From assembly GCA_965603825.1 (NCBI GenBank), contig CBFDEM010000017.1:62001-126000 (forward strand): a stretch of 64,000 bases of DNA, in the 5' to 3' direction. A program made the translations under genes and the position numbers. The notes under the pieces are model-generated. The model was not told the origin of the DNA, made no database searches, and worked only from the letters and a program-made list of their open reading frames with translations. Numbering within the stretch: the stretch's first letter is position 1; every line of letters begins with the position of its first letter. This DNA comes from Blepharisma stoltei ATCC 30299 (taxonomy: Eukaryota > Protista > Ciliophora). This document shows, in pieces, positions 60,514 through 64,000 of the stretch.

Positions 60514-61074
60514 ATGCGCTCTTCAAGAGGCAGATATAGATTTTCTCGCTTAAGAGGAAGTTCGAGGTTAGCAAACCCTTCCACAAGATATTATCGAATT
60601 CGAAATTCAGATTCACAAGGTGAACAGAGAAGCTCAAATAATTTAGAGAGAGGACGAAACGGTAGGAGACCTAGGAGATATTCTTCAAGATATAGAAACG
60701 GCCAAAGCAGTTCTTCGAGGCTTGATGATGGCTGCAAAACTCAATACCAAGGACCATGGAGGGTATATGGATATTTTCGCTGTGAGAAATGCAAGAGAAC
60801 ATGGTCAAGCGGCAATAGTTGGGCAAACTGTGGACAGCAATGTCTTAAATGCAACATAAATGTATATCCTCACCTTCAGACTCCATTAATAAGAAGCAAA
60901 ACGTCCAAAAGTGAAGGACCTGAGAAAGCTCACAAGAGCGATTTATGTGAAAAATGCAAGCAATTAGGATATAGCTGCTTACAATACATTGAAGAGCTTA
61001 AAAGTAAGCGCAATGCTTTAAAATACACTGAAGAGCTTAAAAGAAATAGCGATCCTTATGTTGATGACGATTAA
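60514..61074 (+). CDS. 3CxxC zinc-binding protein (ZCCHC24/ZAR1-like) with Arg/Ser-rich N-terminus
   Basis: YQGPWRVYGYFRCEKCKRTWSSGNSWANCGQQCLKCNINVYPH...H...LCEKCKQLGYSC. Confidence 0.85.
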   Translation: MRSSRGRYRFSRLRGSSRLANPSTRYYRIRNSDSQGEQRSSNNLERGRNGRRPRRYSSRYRNGQSSSSRLDDGCKTQYQGPWRVYGYFRCEKCKRTWSSGNSWANCGQQCLKCNINVYPHLQTPLIRSKTSKSEGPEKAHKSDLCEKCKQLGYSCLQYIEELKSKRNALKYTEELKRNSDPYVDDD

Positions 61075-61122
61075 ATTAACAAGGATTTCCATATAAAATT
61101 ACCAAAATGCTATTTTCTATAG

Positions 61123-62133
61123 TTATTCTTTTCTTGAATTCATCCATACAGTTTTTCTCTTTGCCAAACGATCAAATAGCTTCGCAACGTCAACAGAAAT
61201 AGCAGGTCTTTCATCCCTCATTTTTCAAACAGATTTCGCTAGGCTTCCTACTTCAATTTCTCTCTTAAAAATGTCTCCAGTTTTCTTTCTGTATATGTAA
61301 TCTTCAATTTTTTTGATTTCTTCTTGAAGATCATCCATAATGATTTCAATTTCTTTATTTACTTTATCTTTCTTAGTTTTCCCTTTATTTTCTATTGAAT
61401 ATTCAGTTTCTTCATCATCGTCACTAAGCTCACAGCTTCAGGTCTTTTTCAGTGCAGGAGCTCTAAATTTTATTCCTAAATAACATTTACTTTGTGGAGG
61501 TGGCACCCTCTTATGATCTGCAAAAGGCAAATTTACCGATTTTAGTAGCTTTTTATATGATTTTGTGTTCATTTTTGACATAAAAACATTCCCTTGTTTT
61601 CGCAGTCTTTCAGACTCTTCTGTTTCCAACCTATCAAGGGCATTTGTTAATTTCGCAAAAATATTTGTTTTTGGTTGAGAATTGAGACGTTTTGGACCTT
61701 TTTTGATTTTTAAGGTATCGAGCATCCTTTTATCATTTTTGTTAAGGTCGCCAAGATCTTTAATTAAAGGTGAAGATTTTATATGCTCTACATCACTGGA
61801 GATGTCAATATTTTTTGTAATGCTGTTATAAAAATATTCATCGACACTAATTACATGCGGCTTGCTTTCTTCGTTAATTTGTTTGGAAACCTTTAAAAGC
61901 TCTTTAGGGGTGTAATATCTCCCTGGAAGTTTTTCTGAGGAGTCTTTTTCTGTTAAAAGTCTTCTTAATTTTACGGTAGAAAGTGAGGGTTTTGAAGAGT
62001 TTAAATTGTTGTGAAAACTGTGAAAATCGCCTTCGGTGACTGTTGAATTTTTTTTGATTTTTGATTTTTTCTTCAATAATTTACGGGTTTTTGGCTTTTT
62101 TGTCGAAATTTTGTGAGAATTATTTCTAATCAT
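61123..62133 (-). CDS. Basic hypothetical protein, about 336 aa
   Basis: Frame continues past TGA 61438 to TAA 61123-61125. Confidence 0.65.
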
Positions 62134-62450
62134 TTTTATAAATGGAGTCTGATATAATTTGGGACTGAGGAGTTGATTTTTTGTGGTCTATTAGAATAAT
62201 GTAAATACTGTAAGAGAAGAGGTTTAAGTATGAAGTGGAAAGGCATGCTAAACTTTATAGTTATTAGAAACAAAAAGAATATATATATCTTAGTAATATA
62301 CCAAAATACTAATATATTATTCAATTAATTTGAGTTTTATTAAAGAAGGATCAAATTAGTTGACATAACTGGCAAGTAAATTGAGTCTTGTTAAAATATT
62401 TTATGTTTAAATTTATATAAAAAGGCAAGATTTTTAATAATATCATGAAA

Positions 62451-64000
62451 TTACTTGATTTTTTTAACTGCTTCATTTATCTTCTTTAGTTTTTTCTCTA
62501 TGATTTTATACTTCGATACTTGCTCATCATCGCTTTCATCCTTTTCCTCTAGACTTATAGAGCTCCTAGGGAAGAAATTAATATCATTTTTTTCCATCAG
62601 CTCTTTTACATATTTTTCAGCACCTGTGCATTCCTCAAGATTTTTATGATGAATGTACACGAGAAAGGCTAAGTAAGCATGAATATTGTGCTCGATTTGT
62701 ATATGATAAAGCCAGCCAATTCTTTTAATTTCGAACTGAAATTTCCCATTTCCACAAATAAAACAATTATTTTCAATATCTCTTTGCATTTCTTGCTTTT
62801 CGTCTCTTAGCTCCCCAAAGGTGTCAATAATAATGCCAAAAATAATATTCAGCAAAATAATTATCACGAATATAAAATACAGCAAATTAAAAATCATCAG
62901 TCACCAGTAGTTTTTATCACCTCTAGGTGATTCCCTTAAATCATCACCAATCCCTCCTCCGGCTCGAATCCCTGAAATTAAAGTAGACTCAAAGCACTCC
63001 CACAAATTGTCACAATACGTATTTGCATTTGAATTATTTACATCTTCTCCATAATTTAAAGAAAAATTCAAAAATGCAATGATACTAAACAAATAAATTA
63101 CAATAACTCCTAATGCAACAGTTTTTAGTAGCTGCTTATAATTCAGAGTAATTGATTTAAGGACATTTGATAGGTCAGGATTCCTTTTCACTATATCTAG
63201 CAGCAGCAAAGCATAACAAATATGAAAAACCATTGACAAAATTGATATAACTAGATATATGAAATTATAAATACATTCCTCATTGGTTGCAACAGTTAGC
63301 AAATCATCTAACAGTGGATAAATCGAAATTTTAAGCTTGTCTTGCGTTCTCGATATAATTTCTTTCATCAGAACAGTCCCATGTATTTTTTCAAATCTTG
63401 AGTTATAAATATACTCCACCATTTGTTTGCTTTTGGTTTCTGATTTTTGCTGATACACAATAACTGGGAAATATTCAATAATATAGCACACAAATATCAT
63501 AAACGCCAGAATTATTTGTAATACTGATAAAGCTGTAATAAAATTAGCTACACTATCACTTGTATTATAAACCCACTTGCCAGTTTGGCTGTTTCCTTCA
63601 TGTGCAGCTGTGAAGAAAATGATGATATTTAAAAGAATAACAGCCCCATACGAAATTTTGCCATATAATCTCCAATTGCAGCACATATCGTCTAAAAAAG
63701 GATATCTCGCTAATTTTTGCTGATGGTACATTTCTACCTCATATAGTCTGCTTCTATTAATAAAATCATCAATTTTCTCCTGATATGAATTTCTGCTTAC
63801 TTTATGCAGTAGCTCATTTCGAGATTTCACAGTCAAAAATCTGCATTGGTTTGGGACCCTGAAATAAATTTTTGCCAATGTTCCTTTATTGTTTATTTCT
63901 ACACTTGCAATGTTGGAGGAGTAAAAGCGATAAGCATTTTGCATGTCAACTACTGTAGCATTAACTATTCCCCTCCTATGGAAAATTCCAGAAAAACGCT
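62451..64000 (-). CDS. IP3 receptor/RyR-type calcium-release channel, C-terminal part (5' end outside the window)
   Basis: Pore GIRAGGGIGD, LNIIFGIIIDTFGELR, CFICG...H...EHN; joined across TGA 62901. Confidence 0.93.

Noticed and set aside
72-62649. Many antisense or overlapping short ORFs in the track (e.g. 2066-2893, 9642-10040, 29812-30333, 47096-47587)
   Set aside because: They are shadows of real genes on the opposite strand, with S/F/L-rich translations and no motifs.
1270-63944. Reading the TGA-split genes as pseudogenes or selenoproteins
   Set aside because: TGA occurs in many unrelated conserved genes and aligns with Trp/TGG, so code reassignment explains it.
1-64000. Telomeric repeats, rRNA, transposase or retroelement ORFs
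   Set aside because: None recognised on either strand by inspection.

Overview
Gene-dense, AT-rich eukaryotic DNA, most consistent with the somatic (macronuclear) genome of a heterotrich ciliate of the Blepharisma type. Two features visible in the sequence support this. First, TGA is read as Trp: many standard-code ORFs in the track are fragments that join in frame across TGA, and paralogs carry TGG at the same positions. Second, introns are only 15-16 nt (GTA...A at position 10...AG). Re-annotation with TGA=Trp gives about 44 genes: two Rab5-like GTPases starting Met-Cys-Cys, an ELMO-domain protein, V-ATPase c, DPP3, MLH1, HOP2, a kelch/TPR protein, two hotdog thioesterases, a polo-like kinase, TTC1-like, a sugar porter with five tiny introns, a kinase, BTB, PP2C, WDR44-like, SANBR-like, SPEF1, C2H2 zinc fingers, a DSP phosphatase, an amidase, Snf7, ZCCHC24-like and the 3' end of an IP3R-type channel. 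The most unusual items are: (1) tandem polo-box-only PLK duplicates that appear to have taken their start codon from the downstream gene; (2) a tandem trio of uncharacterised HMG-box-like genes sharing a motif just upstream of the ATG; (3) a perfect TA-bounded 57-bp palindrome in a divergent intergenic region; (4) a hidden C2H2 pseudogene; (5) extremely short intergenic spacers. All family assignments are by motif recognition; no database search was run.
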